Source: an uncultured Bdellovibrionales bacterium (lineage in GTDB: Bacteria; Patescibacteriota; Minisyncoccia; Moranbacterales; GWC2-37-73). Taken from it: a DNA stretch of 64,000 bases. Positions 9,953 to 20,129 of the stretch are shown here, piece after piece. Position 1 is the first letter of the stretch, and each line of letters opens with the position of its first letter. Position numbers and translations under genes: made by a program. The notes under the pieces were generated by a model. It saw nothing but the letters and a program-made list of their open reading frames with translations, was not told where the DNA came from and ran no database searches. The stretch is from positions 7,427 through 71,426 of the forward strand of contig CAZAFB010000005.1 in the NCBI GenBank assembly GCA_964484505.1, written 5' to 3'.

Positions 9953-10333
9953 TTATAGCCCTGCTTCCTTTTTGAAGAAATCAATCACTTCAACGTCACC
10001 TACATAGCACTTGCCATTTGCAGCTACAAAAGGCACACCAAGATCTTCTTTTTTGATATCACATTCCTCAGCTCGTTGCTGCCACTCTGATGCGGCATCT
10101 TTGTCCCCGGAATTGATAACTTCTTTCTTTGTATAGGCAACTTTATTGGCAACATTATTTTCATCTAAGAATGTTTGGACTTTTTTACAGTGAGAGCATT
10201 GCTGACCATAATAATAAACAACATCATTATTTGTTGATATCTGATTTGATTGCGAAGCGACACCCCAAGCTATAAAACAGCCTGCGGCTATGGCAGTTAA
10301 AACCAGTACGATAATCATCGTTTTCTTGGACAT
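9953..10333 (-). CDS. Exported glutaredoxin/thioredoxin-like protein
   Basis: Signal/TM, CSHC motif, GVP cis-Pro, YVGD. Confidence 0.75.
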   Translation of the reverse strand: MSKKTMIIVLVLTAIAAGCFIAWGVASQSNQISTNNDVVYYYGQQCSHCKKVQTFLDENNVANKVAYTKKEVINSGDKDAASEWQQRAEECDIKKEDLGVPFVAANGKCYVGDVEVIDFFKKEAGL

Positions 10334-10357
10334 AAGGTATATTTACATGCTTAATGT

Positions 10358-11197
10358 TTATATTATAGCATATCTTTTTCGACAAAGATGGAAAAAGAAT
10401 ACGACAACAATAATCGCCACCAAAGAAAACAACTGCCCTTCCGTAAGTTTCATGCCGGCAAAAAATGCATAAGCTTTTTCCTCGCGGAAAAATTCCATCA
10501 TAAAACGAATTATCGCATATCCGAAAATATATATCAATAATAATTGTCCTGGAAATTTATTTTTATTGCGCAGCGACCAAAGAACCACAAACAAAACCAC
10601 TCCTTCAAAAAAAGCTTCGTACAATTGGGATGGATGGCGCAAAATGTTGCTTGTGTCCGCCGGAAAATACATTCCCCAGGGCATCTGAGTAACACGCCCG
10701 TATAATTCACCGTTGATAAAATTGCCTAAGCGCCCAAAAAAATATCCCAAGGGCACGGCCGGAATAATAAAATCCGCCCAAGCTAAAAAAGACTGCTTTT
10801 GTGATTTTAGATAAAAATAAGAAATTATGATAGCGCCAATAAGTCCGCCAAAATAGCTCATGCCATATATTCCGGTATAACTACCTTCCTTGTCAAAAGG
10901 AGATATGATCGCCAAGGGATTATGTAAATAATGCGCCGGCTCGTAAAAAAGGACATACCCTAATCGCCCTCCTATAATTATTCCGACAAAAATATAAACT
11001 AGGAGCTGAATCAACGTTTCATCTGAAAATCCAGATTCCTTTTTTTTGATCCTGTAAGTCAGCAATCCAAAAACTACGACAAAACCCGCAATATACATCA
11101 ATGCGTACCAGCGGACAGCAAAAGAGCCGATCGAAAAAACGACTGGATTTATATGGTATAGGAAGTGCTGATACAGAAAACTCACTAATTTGAGCAA
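10358..11197 (-). CDS. lgt: Prolipoprotein diacylglyceryl transferase
   Basis: VRWYALMY, GGRLGYVLFY, GMSYFGG, GRLGNFINGELYGR, HPSQLYE; alternative GTG start at 11185. Confidence 0.95.
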   Translation of the reverse strand: MLKLVSFLYQHFLYHINPVVFSIGSFAVRWYALMYIAGFVVVFGLLTYRIKKKESGFSDETLIQLLVYIFVGIIIGGRLGYVLFYEPAHYLHNPLAIISPFDKEGSYTGIYGMSYFGGLIGAIIISYFYLKSQKQSFLAWADFIIPAVPLGYFFGRLGNFINGELYGRVTQMPWGMYFPADTSNILRHPSQLYEAFFEGVVLFVVLWSLRNKNKFPGQLLLIYIFGYAIIRFMMEFFREEKAYAFFAGMKLTEGQLFSLVAIIVVVFFFHLCRKRYAII

Positions 11198-11258
11198 ATA
11201 TAAGCTAATTCGAACGAAGTTGCTCCCTATTCGCTATTATTAGCTCCTTATCCGTGAA

Positions 11259-12317
11259 TTATTGATTATATTCTTTAAGTTGTTGTTTGAACTCAACAGC
11301 ATATATTTCCCAAAGTGCCAAGAAAATTGTCATTATGATTGGTCCAATAATAAAACCTGGGAGGCCAAACAAGCTTATGCCACCCAAGGTGGCAAAAAAT
11401 ATCAATAAAGGATGCATTTGGGTATCCTTACCCACAAGCTTGGGACGCAAGAAATTGTCAATTAAAGAAATAACCAAACCTCCAAAAAGGAGCACTGTTA
11501 TTCCTTGCCAAATATTGCCAGTAAGCAGCAAGATCGCTCCTGCAGGAAACCACACGACGCTTGAACCAACCATCGGAATTAGCGAAAGTATAGCCATTAT
11601 TATGCCCCAGACAACAGCTGAAGGTATCCCTACTATCGCAAACAAGATTCCTCCTAATGATCCTTGCACAATTCCAACCACTAGAGTTCCCTTAACCGTA
11701 GCTGTAATCATGGACACGAATTTATCAATAAGCATCCTCTCATGGTTATTCTTGAGCGGACTGAGATACATGATGCGTTTTATTAAATCCTTTCCACCAA
11801 CCAACAGGTAGTACAAAGTAAAAAAGACAACAAAAGACAAGAAAATAAAATGAGCTATGCCCTGATAAGCCTTTTGAACAAGCAGAAGCAAAGCATTGGC
11901 TGTTGAGCTTACTATTTTGGATATCGTTTGGGCATCAATGTTTTTTTCTATTCCTAAATAACGACCCGCCGACACTATTTGGGAGGATTCTAATATGCCA
12001 TCGATATTTTTCATAAATGATTCCTCTCCGGACACTCTTTGGTAAAAATCCGCAGCCTCGTTAACTACCAACCCTAAAATTGTAACAAATACAGCCACAA
12101 AAAGGGATATTGCTAACAAAGAAGTGCACAACGCCGCCAGGTGACGCTTGCCGCCAGTCAGACGTTCAAAAAATCTCTGCGGCCTTTGAAAAATTATTGC
12201 CAGAATTGCCGCTATACAAAGCGCGAGCAGAAACGGCTGCAAAACAAAATAAGCGGCTATCGTAACACAAAACAACAAAATACCAAAAAAATAAACATTT
12301 AAATTATTGAGCTTCAT
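11259..12317 (-). CDS. AI-2E family transporter
   Basis: Multi-TM, IPMVG, DNFLRPKLVG, HPLLIFFATLGG..FGLPGFIIGP. Confidence 0.9.
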   Translation of the reverse strand: MKLNNLNVYFFGILLFCVTIAAYFVLQPFLLALCIAAILAIIFQRPQRFFERLTGGKRHLAALCTSLLAISLFVAVFVTILGLVVNEAADFYQRVSGEESFMKNIDGILESSQIVSAGRYLGIEKNIDAQTISKIVSSTANALLLLVQKAYQGIAHFIFLSFVVFFTLYYLLVGGKDLIKRIMYLSPLKNNHERMLIDKFVSMITATVKGTLVVGIVQGSLGGILFAIVGIPSAVVWGIIMAILSLIPMVGSSVVWFPAGAILLLTGNIWQGITVLLFGGLVISLIDNFLRPKLVGKDTQMHPLLIFFATLGGISLFGLPGFIIGPIIMTIFLALWEIYAVEFKQQLKEYNQ

Positions 12318-12365
12318 ATAATATTTTTAAAAATTAGTCACGCCAGTTGATTTCTTGCGTTTTTT

Positions 12366-13403
12366 CTATCTTCTTTTGGCATCATTCACTACCCCATATA
12401 TTATGTCAGAAATATCTCTGATTGTGCTTGATAATTCACCGAAACTATCTCCCCTTGTCATCACGCAAAGTAAATAAGGGTTGCCCGGATAATAAATAAT
12501 TCCGCAATCATGCAATTGTTTTGTTTTTGCTCCCGAAATATCAATTTCTCTTTCCCCAAATTTGTGAGCGATTTTCATATCTGCTGGTATGCCTGCAACA
12601 AGACCGTCTTTATATTCCACATTGGAAAGTAATTCCAAGGCCTTTTCCGAGTTTGCCCTATTTAAATATGATGCGTTATAAAGTATCCTGAAAAAAGATG
12701 CGTACTGCTTAACAGACATGAAATCTTCAGGCTTGCGAATATCTGGCACACTCATACCTAAATCCAAATAAATCTTATCCAGACTTTCCTGATCCATATT
12801 GTCCAAAAGAATCCTCATGGCATCATTGTCAGAATACACTATCATGAACCACAAAAGCTTTTCTATCGTATATTCTTGACCCTCTTGTATACTATATTTT
12901 GGTTTTAAATTTTGTTTTAAATTTTTATTTATCTCATCCTTTCCGAAAATAAGCTTCTCTTCCAATAAATTCGGGTAAGTTTCCGATTTTTTCAAATATG
13001 CCATCAGGAGCGGTACTTTCAAGAGAGATGCCGGAGAAAAGTTTTCACCTTCATTGATGCCGAACCAGGGTCCATTATTAAGATCTCTGTAATAAACAGA
13101 AACCTCTTTAGCCCTTTTAATATCTATGATATTTTTTTGAATCTTGTTTTTCGCCTCTTCTTCAAAAGGAATATATTCATTATTCAAAATTTGACCTTCC
13201 ATTTCACACTCCAGGAGAGGATTTATGAAAGAAAAGCCATTCTGACGTAATTCTGTTTTAACTGAGGATGTCCCCCCGACTTCTTCTTTCTTATGATCTC
13301 CTGTTGAAAATAAGACGATGCACAACCCAAATCCCGCAAAAAATGACAGGATGTGCAAACGATACTTTATAAGAAAATCCAAAGATGTCCTGAAAAAAAC
13401 CAT
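12366..13403 (-). CDS. Class A beta-lactamase-like serine hydrolase (PBP-like)
   Basis: ASLLK (SxxK), SDN, HKFG, HDCGIIY. Confidence 0.85.
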   Translation of the reverse strand: MVFFRTSLDFLIKYRLHILSFFAGFGLCIVLFSTGDHKKEEVGGTSSVKTELRQNGFSFINPLLECEMEGQILNNEYIPFEEEAKNKIQKNIIDIKRAKEVSVYYRDLNNGPWFGINEGENFSPASLLKVPLLMAYLKKSETYPNLLEEKLIFGKDEINKNLKQNLKPKYSIQEGQEYTIEKLLWFMIVYSDNDAMRILLDNMDQESLDKIYLDLGMSVPDIRKPEDFMSVKQYASFFRILYNASYLNRANSEKALELLSNVEYKDGLVAGIPADMKIAHKFGEREIDISGAKTKQLHDCGIIYYPGNPYLLCVMTRGDSFGELSSTIRDISDIIYGVVNDAKRR

Positions 13404-13582
13404 ATATTTTCCAATTATATGTTCTTAATTATAGCATAGCGAAGGACGATTTGAAATATGTTATATTTTCATACTTAATCCTACGCCAATCTTGACCGCT
13501 ATTACAGACTGGCTTCTACGATAGTCCATCTTCCAATTTCTCAGAATACTTGCTAGAATTAATTTGTTAACATAGAACTAAC

Positions 13583-14323
13583 ATGATAAAGGGATCCATA
13601 TCCGTCGTTATTCCCTGTTTTAACGAGGAAACAACTATTTTTGGAAATCTTATCAAGATAAACAGATATCTGGAATCAACCTTCCAGAGTTTTGAGATTA
13701 TCGCCGTAAACGATGGTAGCAATGATGACACCATGGGAGAATTATTAAAAGTCAAAGAGCTGTTTCCACTCAAGGTAATTTCCCTGCAAAAAAATGAAGG
13801 CAAGGGTGGGGCTGTTAAAAAAGGTTTCCTAGAAAGCAAAAATGATATCGTAATGTTTTTGGATGCTGACCTTGCCATACCTATTGAAGAATTGGACAAA
13901 TTCGTTGCCACAACAAAAAATGGTTTTGACATCGCAATAGCTTCTCGATTTGTCCCTGGACTCAAGATAAAAAAACGGGTTGTCTGGTATCGTAAGTTTA
14001 TGGAACATATATTTCGCTTGATGCGGATGGCGATTATTAATAATTACGACATTCGCGATACCCAATGCGGCTTTAAAGTTTTTTCACGTCACGCAGCTAT
14101 GGCTATTTTCCCACAACTTACGATCAGTCGCTTCGCTTTTGACAGTGAAATAATATTCATAGCCCGCAAGATGGGCTTAAAAATAAAAGAATTGCCAATT
14201 ACCCTGCAAAATCCGAGGGAGAGTCATGTAAGACTTCTGCGAGATCCTCTAAATATGACCAAGGATTTGCTAAAAATAAGATTCAATCAATTAAAAGGAA
14301 AATATAACTTCAAGATAAACTGA
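13583..14323 (+). CDS. GT2 polyprenol-phosphate glycosyltransferase (DPG/DPM synthase-like)
   Basis: VVIPCFNE, VNDGSND, NEGKGGAV, DAD, DTQCGFK, FAFDSE. Confidence 0.9.
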   Translation: MIKGSISVVIPCFNEETTIFGNLIKINRYLESTFQSFEIIAVNDGSNDDTMGELLKVKELFPLKVISLQKNEGKGGAVKKGFLESKNDIVMFLDADLAIPIEELDKFVATTKNGFDIAIASRFVPGLKIKKRVVWYRKFMEHIFRLMRMAIINNYDIRDTQCGFKVFSRHAAMAIFPQLTISRFAFDSEIIFIARKMGLKIKELPITLQNPRESHVRLLRDPLNMTKDLLKIRFNQLKGKYNFKIN

Positions 14324-14324
14324 A

Positions 14325-15029
14325 ATGGAAACTTCCTTTGCCGATCGAAGAAAAATAATACTTTCCGCCGATGATTTCGGCATGAGCGCCAAAGCCAATG
14401 ACCGTATTTTGGAATTGGCAAGTTTGGGAAAAATAGACCGCGTGGCTGTTATGATTGGCATTGACAGAAATTTCACTCAAAATGAGGTAGCATCTCTAAT
14501 GCGCTCGGGCATAAAAATGGATATTCATTTGGACCTTCCTGGCTTTAACGACGATGGAAAACATACTGGCATACTTTCGCGTACCATAATTTTTGTTTAT
14601 TTACGTTTAACAGGCAAAATAGCAAAAGAAGAAATTAATTTATCATGGAAAAAACAAGTTGAGCTTTTTAAATCACGCTTTGGAAGATATCCCGATGGCA
14701 TCAACTCCCATGAACATGTGCACTTTTTTCCTTCCTACTTTAAAATTGCACGAGATTTACAGAATGAATTTAATATCCCCTTCATTCGCTTAGGCAAGAA
14801 AGATGTTTTACACTTTCGCGATTCCCGCCACTTAATCCTTCGCTTTATGCGCCACCTAATATCCAGAAATACTGACTTGCAAAATATTATATCTTCAGAT
14901 CATATGGTCAGCCTGGATTGGATAAGCGATATCGAAAAATTTGCCAATAATTTACCCGAAGGAACGACGGAAATTATTTGCCATCCGGAAAGGGATGATG
15001 AATACAAGGCTATATTGAAATGGTTCTAA
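14325..15029 (+). CDS. YdjC/ChbG/HpnK family carbohydrate deacetylase
   Basis: SADDFG, IHLDL, NSHEHVH, EIICHP. Confidence 0.88.
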   Translation: METSFADRRKIILSADDFGMSAKANDRILELASLGKIDRVAVMIGIDRNFTQNEVASLMRSGIKMDIHLDLPGFNDDGKHTGILSRTIIFVYLRLTGKIAKEEINLSWKKQVELFKSRFGRYPDGINSHEHVHFFPSYFKIARDLQNEFNIPFIRLGKKDVLHFRDSRHLILRFMRHLISRNTDLQNIISSDHMVSLDWISDIEKFANNLPEGTTEIICHPERDDEYKAILKWF

Positions 15030-15061
15030 ATACATTGCTCAATTTGAGCAAAAGCGACATA

Positions 15062-15679
15062 TCAATCCGTTTTTTTAAGGTATTTATCCCCCACTACTTT
15101 AGCAATTAGGATACCAAAGAGGGTGGCCGAAAAGAAAAAAAGCGCATGTCTTATTACTTCAACCTGAGTAACCAATGCCAAAAAGCTTCTGTGAAAATAA
15201 TAGCCTAAACTGATAAAAAACAATGCGTGCAGGATCGAGGCGGCGGCATTGATGAAAAAAAACTTACGCCATTTGATTTTTAACATGCCAGCCAATACTG
15301 GTCCGAAAAAACGTAGTCCCACAATGAAACGGATAAAGAAAATCGTCTTGCCGATATGCTCTTGCATCACATGTTCATAGTGTATCAATTTGTTCTTGCG
15401 TAACTTATTCTTCAGTCGCTCTATATACTTGCTACCGTGAAGACTCAATAAGAATAGAATGTTGTCGCCAATAATCACGCCAACAGCAGCGGTAATTACC
15501 GCCCAGTAAAACTTTATCAGACCGACTCCAGCGATATAGCCAACAATTAAAAGAGCGATTTCTTCGGGAATAGGAATAAGATATCCTACTAACATAGAAA
15601 AACCGACTATGCCTAAATAGGAAAAACTTTGAATTACTTGAATGACACCATCCGTGTATAAATAATGAGGATTAATCAT
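15062..15679 (-). CDS. DedA family membrane protein
   Basis: PIPEE, GDNILF, RFIVGLR, AGMLKIKWRKF. Confidence 0.88.
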   Translation of the reverse strand: MINPHYLYTDGVIQVIQSFSYLGIVGFSMLVGYLIPIPEEIALLIVGYIAGVGLIKFYWAVITAAVGVIIGDNILFLLSLHGSKYIERLKNKLRKNKLIHYEHVMQEHIGKTIFFIRFIVGLRFFGPVLAGMLKIKWRKFFFINAAASILHALFFISLGYYFHRSFLALVTQVEVIRHALFFFSATLFGILIAKVVGDKYLKKTD

Positions 15680-15729
15680 AAATAATCAACTTAAGAAAGT
15701 TTTACACAGACTATTATAACATATGCTAA

Positions 15730-17928
15730 CTATCTTTGCGTCGAAGCACCGGCAACTTGCTCGGCAAGTGGCATTGGCGAGGATTGCAACGCCTGTTCCC
15801 AGCGAATTGCCATGGGGTCCTTAAGGTCAGGAGCCAAATTGGAAAGAGGATTATCTTTGTTTACATAATAAAGGATGCTATGTCTTATTGTAGGGATATC
15901 TCTAACCTCTATTTTTGATGCTTCCGTTTTGGCTAGTTTTTTCTCATTTAGTTGCTTGCCTGTTTTTTTGTTGTAGTATGACTTCTCTGTCGCAATCGCA
16001 CCGGCAAGCAAGGAATTTTTAGTGTTAACTCTTTCATAATCAGCAAAATATTCGCGCTGTTTTCCATCCAGCGCACGCGCCATTAATTTGTTCCAAATAG
16101 GAGCAGCAACGAATACTCCGTCGCTGCCCGGTTTCATTATTCGGCTGTCGTTATTGCCTGTCCATACTCCAATAGCAATGGTCGGGGTGAATCCAACAGT
16201 CCATGCGTCTTTAAAATCCTGCGTGGTACCTGTCTTAGCGGCCACTGTTTTGTCTGGCAAAATCAAAGGGCTATTGGGACCGAAGATAGGCGTACGTGCA
16301 GCATTATCAGACAGGATCGAATCAATTTTACGAGCCACTTGGGAATCAATGACTTGCTGATTAACATTTTCATGTTTATATAATTCTTTTCCAGGTGAAT
16401 CCTTTATCGACAGGATCGGATCGGGAGGATTTCGTTTGCCATCATTGGCATAAACGGAAAAGGCACTTGTAAGTTCAAGTAATTTGACATCTCCTCCGCC
16501 AAGAGCCAGCGATAACCCATAGCGCTGCCGATCGTTAAGCGTTGTAATGCCTAGACGCCTGGCAAACTCCAACATGTTGTCGATACCTCCCAGATATAGC
16601 GTTTGTACTGCAGGGACATTAAGAGACATCGCCAGGGTTTGTCGCATAGAAAGCATACCATGAAATTTGCCATCGTAATTTTGAGGAATATATTCACGCC
16701 CCGATCCATCCGGCCCGAAATTGGTCGGCACATCAAACAAGATTGTTTCTGGTTGATATCCCCTTTCAAAAGCATTTCCATAAACAATGGGTTTGAAAGA
16801 TGAGCCTGGTTGACGAGGGCGAAGAGTTACATTTACCTGACCATCTATCGAAGAATCAAAATAGTTACGACTGCCAACCATTGCCAAAATCTCTCCGCTG
16901 CGCGGATCGATGGCGACCATGGCGGCATTCTCCCCATTAAATTTTTGCTGATTATAAGCAGCACCTTCTGCAATTATTTTTTCAGCATCTTTCTGAAGAG
17001 GGATATCCAAGGAGGTTTTTACGATCAATCCGCCACTTTCCACTGTCGCTACACCATATTGTTTTTCCAACTGCTCCTTCACATACATAACAAAATGTGG
17101 CGCAATTATCTTTTCTTTGAAAGGGACCACCTTCTCAAAAGTATTCTCTTCCTTGGCTTTCGCAATCTCATATTTATCAATGAGCTCAAGTTCCTCCAAG
17201 CGGGAAAGAATGTATTGCTGCCTGGCAGAAAGCTCCTTGCGATGATTGCCATAAGGAGAAAAATAGGTGGGAGCTTTTGGCAACGCGGCTAACAATGCAG
17301 CTTCATCCAAAGAAAGTTGGGATGCATCCTTTCCAAAAAAAGTTTGTGCTGCCGACTGAATGCCATAGCTATTTGAACCATAAGGTACTTCATTAAGATA
17401 ATAATCCAAAATTTGTTCTTTCGAATAGCGTTGCTCCACTTTGACAGCCAGCAGGGCTTCTTTTATTTTTCGTTCAAAAGTTCGATCGCGATTAAGAAAA
17501 ATATTGCGCACCAGCTGCTGAGTGATTGTTGAACCGCCCTGAACAACACCTCCATTTTGAATATTAGCCTTCGCCGCACGTACAATAGAAGACGGATCGA
17601 TTCCGAAGTGGTGGTAAAAGGAATCGTCTTCAGCAGCAATAGTCGCAATGCGTATGTTGTTAGGAATTTTTTCGTGAGAAATTATGGTCCTATTTTCTTC
17701 CCCATGTATTTCATAAAGCAATGTGTTGCCGGTACGATCATATATCTTGGTTGTTTCTGGACGAACGCTGCCGTGTTCAATATCACCATCACCCACATTT
17801 CGATACATCAAAAAAACAATCAAGGAAAAAACGATGCCGAGAACCAGAACAGCATCGAAAACACCAAGCACAATCTGCGCAAAAGCCTTTAAAAATGGGT
17901 GCTTTATGATTCTGTCCTTTTTTGACAT
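15730..17928 (-). CDS. Class A penicillin-binding protein (PBP1A family)
   Basis: EDDSFYHHFGID, GGSTITQQL, RKIKE, SSFK, SLN, KTGT. Confidence 0.95.
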   Translation of the reverse strand: MSKKDRIIKHPFLKAFAQIVLGVFDAVLVLGIVFSLIVFLMYRNVGDGDIEHGSVRPETTKIYDRTGNTLLYEIHGEENRTIISHEKIPNNIRIATIAAEDDSFYHHFGIDPSSIVRAAKANIQNGGVVQGGSTITQQLVRNIFLNRDRTFERKIKEALLAVKVEQRYSKEQILDYYLNEVPYGSNSYGIQSAAQTFFGKDASQLSLDEAALLAALPKAPTYFSPYGNHRKELSARQQYILSRLEELELIDKYEIAKAKEENTFEKVVPFKEKIIAPHFVMYVKEQLEKQYGVATVESGGLIVKTSLDIPLQKDAEKIIAEGAAYNQQKFNGENAAMVAIDPRSGEILAMVGSRNYFDSSIDGQVNVTLRPRQPGSSFKPIVYGNAFERGYQPETILFDVPTNFGPDGSGREYIPQNYDGKFHGMLSMRQTLAMSLNVPAVQTLYLGGIDNMLEFARRLGITTLNDRQRYGLSLALGGGDVKLLELTSAFSVYANDGKRNPPDPILSIKDSPGKELYKHENVNQQVIDSQVARKIDSILSDNAARTPIFGPNSPLILPDKTVAAKTGTTQDFKDAWTVGFTPTIAIGVWTGNNDSRIMKPGSDGVFVAAPIWNKLMARALDGKQREYFADYERVNTKNSLLAGAIATEKSYYNKKTGKQLNEKKLAKTEASKIEVRDIPTIRHSILYYVNKDNPLSNLAPDLKDPMAIRWEQALQSSPMPLAEQVAGASTQR

Positions 17929-18040
17929 AAGCTTTTTTTATTTACACTTTATATTACAAAAGATCTTTTCTTTATAGTACAAAAAAATCCGCTTTACGAG
18001 AAGCGGGAAATGTCAAACCACAAGAAAACTTAATTCAACG

Positions 18041-19324
18041 CTATTCGTAGCGCAAGGCGTCCAAAGCGTGGATTTGGGCGGCACGACGGGCCGGCAAAAG
18101 ACCGGTAACCATACCGAGAAAAATAATAAAAGCACCTATGGCGATCATGAATGTCGGCGGAATATACACAAAATGGATGGCTGATAAGCCCTGTTTGGCA
18201 GCAAAAATATTAAAGATAAAGTTTATCAAAACAGCAAAGCCATAACCAAGAGCAAAACCAACCAAGCCACCGGTAAAACTTATAATTGCCGCTTCAAACA
18301 CGAACATATAAAAAATATCCTTGCGTTTGGCTCCCAAAGCTTTCATGATTCCTACTTCGCGCGTTCGTTGAAGAAGTGAAACGCTAAGAGTATTGAGCAT
18401 GCCCATAGCGGAAATGGACATGATAATCGTACCCAAGACTACTAATACAATGCGGATAATCACGAAAAAACTGTTGATATCCGTGACCAGATCAACTACG
18501 CTTTCCGTAACCAATCCCATTTGTTCGATCTGGGAACGAATATTCCCGATATTACCAGCATCTATTCTTAATTTTGCTGATTGAGCCGCAGTTACTCCCA
18601 AATCTCGCTTGAGCAAGCCAAATGGCACATAAATAAAAGTATTCTGGTTATCACTTATAACACCCACAATGGTGCTAGTATCTTCCTTTTCTTCTCCTGA
18701 TTTCTCAACGTTTTCACTGATATCACGCGAGAGGGCCAGATTAAATTTGATTTCCTTGCCTAAGGCTTCTTCATTATTTGCAAAACCAAGAAGACCTGCC
18801 AAACGAGAGGAAATGATCACAGTATTTCCTTCGTCTTCATATTTACTCAACTCTCCCGCAGTAAGCGACATATTGGCCAAGGGGAAATAACCCCTATACG
18901 CACCATAGATAACCACGTCTGTTTGGGAATTTTCAAAATAGGCCTGCCCGCCTCCATTCATCAAAACTTCTATCTCCTTCACGCCTGAAATTTCGGAAAG
19001 TTTTTTGACCATATCATCATTCATCAACACAAAACTTTCCAGATTGGCATTACTGACATCGAGCACATCGATAGAGTTATTTTTAGTAACCTCATTTACA
19101 ATAACCCGCTGCACTCCGAAGCCTAAACAAATTAAAAAGGTAATAATGGCAATACCGATAGCTACACCACCGATAGTAAGCATGGAGCGCATCCTTCCTA
19201 CCTTTAAATTACGATATCCGATGAATATCGTCGTCGATAATTTCATGCGCGAAGCCTTGCCCCCATCGCAACTGGCTTCTGACAGAAATTTGTTTTTTAT
19301 CCAATTTAATAACGCCATATACAA
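18041..19324 (-). CDS. ABC transporter permease (MacB/FtsX-like)
   Basis: RSMLTIGGVAIG, QRTREVGIMKALGA, PARRAAQI..LDALRYE. Confidence 0.9.
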   Translation of the reverse strand: MYMALLNWIKNKFLSEASCDGGKASRMKLSTTIFIGYRNLKVGRMRSMLTIGGVAIGIAIITFLICLGFGVQRVIVNEVTKNNSIDVLDVSNANLESFVLMNDDMVKKLSEISGVKEIEVLMNGGGQAYFENSQTDVVIYGAYRGYFPLANMSLTAGELSKYEDEGNTVIISSRLAGLLGFANNEEALGKEIKFNLALSRDISENVEKSGEEKEDTSTIVGVISDNQNTFIYVPFGLLKRDLGVTAAQSAKLRIDAGNIGNIRSQIEQMGLVTESVVDLVTDINSFFVIIRIVLVVLGTIIMSISAMGMLNTLSVSLLQRTREVGIMKALGAKRKDIFYMFVFEAAIISFTGGLVGFALGYGFAVLINFIFNIFAAKQGLSAIHFVYIPPTFMIAIGAFIIFLGMVTGLLPARRAAQIHALDALRYE

Positions 19325-19406
19325 GTGAAATATAAAATTCCTACACTTAGTTCAAATATGCATCATTGTAATCGATAACCTTAAACATTTTTAATCTTTA
19401 GTGATT

Positions 19407-20129
19407 CTATTTATCGACAACTAGTCCATCCAGCATATGAATGACTTGATCAGCATATTGATACTGTTCAGGATTATGCGTAACCATCAAAATAGTAATA
19501 TTGAATTGCTTATTGAAATCTTTTAGCAATTCCATTAATTCCTGTCCGGCTTTCATATCCAGATTTCCAGTAGGCTCATCCGCAATCAAAAAACGCGGAT
19601 TAAGCAAGAGCGCCCTAGCCAAGGCAACGCGTTGCTGCTGGCCTCCGGAAAGGTCATATGGCCTATTGTGCATCCATTTGCCCATGCCCACCATCTCAAT
19701 CAATTGCGCTGCACGTTCCAGCGATTGCGCGAAGGTATCTCCTTTTATTAAGGATGGGATGGAAACATTTTCCAGAACAGAAAGTGATTTTATCCAGAAT
19801 GTCTGCTGGGGAATAAAGCCAACAAATTTGTTGCGAAAATCAGCTCGCCAATCCTTGGTTTTTTCCCAAATGCTGCATCCATCTATATATATCTTGCCCG
19901 TCGAAGGACCTTCCAGCCCATAAATAATATGAAGCAATGTTGATTTTCCACAACCGGAAGGTCCTGCCAAAATTGCAAAATCGCCCTCGTTTATGGAAGC
20001 GCTCACACCTTTGAGTACATTTACCGTGGTTGCACCCAAAATGAAATCTTTGGTTACATCTTCCACTCTGATGATTTCTTTTTTTGTTTTTTTTGTTTTT
20101 TCTATTTGCTCCATAATTTCGAGATCCAA
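19407..20129 (-). CDS. ABC transporter ATP-binding protein (LolD/MacB-like)
   Basis: GPSGCGKST, LSGGQQQRV, IADEPTGNLD, VTH. Confidence 0.93.
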   Translation of the reverse strand: MDLEIMEQIEKTKKTKKEIIRVEDVTKDFILGATTVNVLKGVSASINEGDFAILAGPSGCGKSTLLHIIYGLEGPSTGKIYIDGCSIWEKTKDWRADFRNKFVGFIPQQTFWIKSLSVLENVSIPSLIKGDTFAQSLERAAQLIEMVGMGKWMHNRPYDLSGGQQQRVALARALLLNPRFLIADEPTGNLDMKAGQELMELLKDFNKQFNITILMVTHNPEQYQYADQVIHMLDGLVVDK

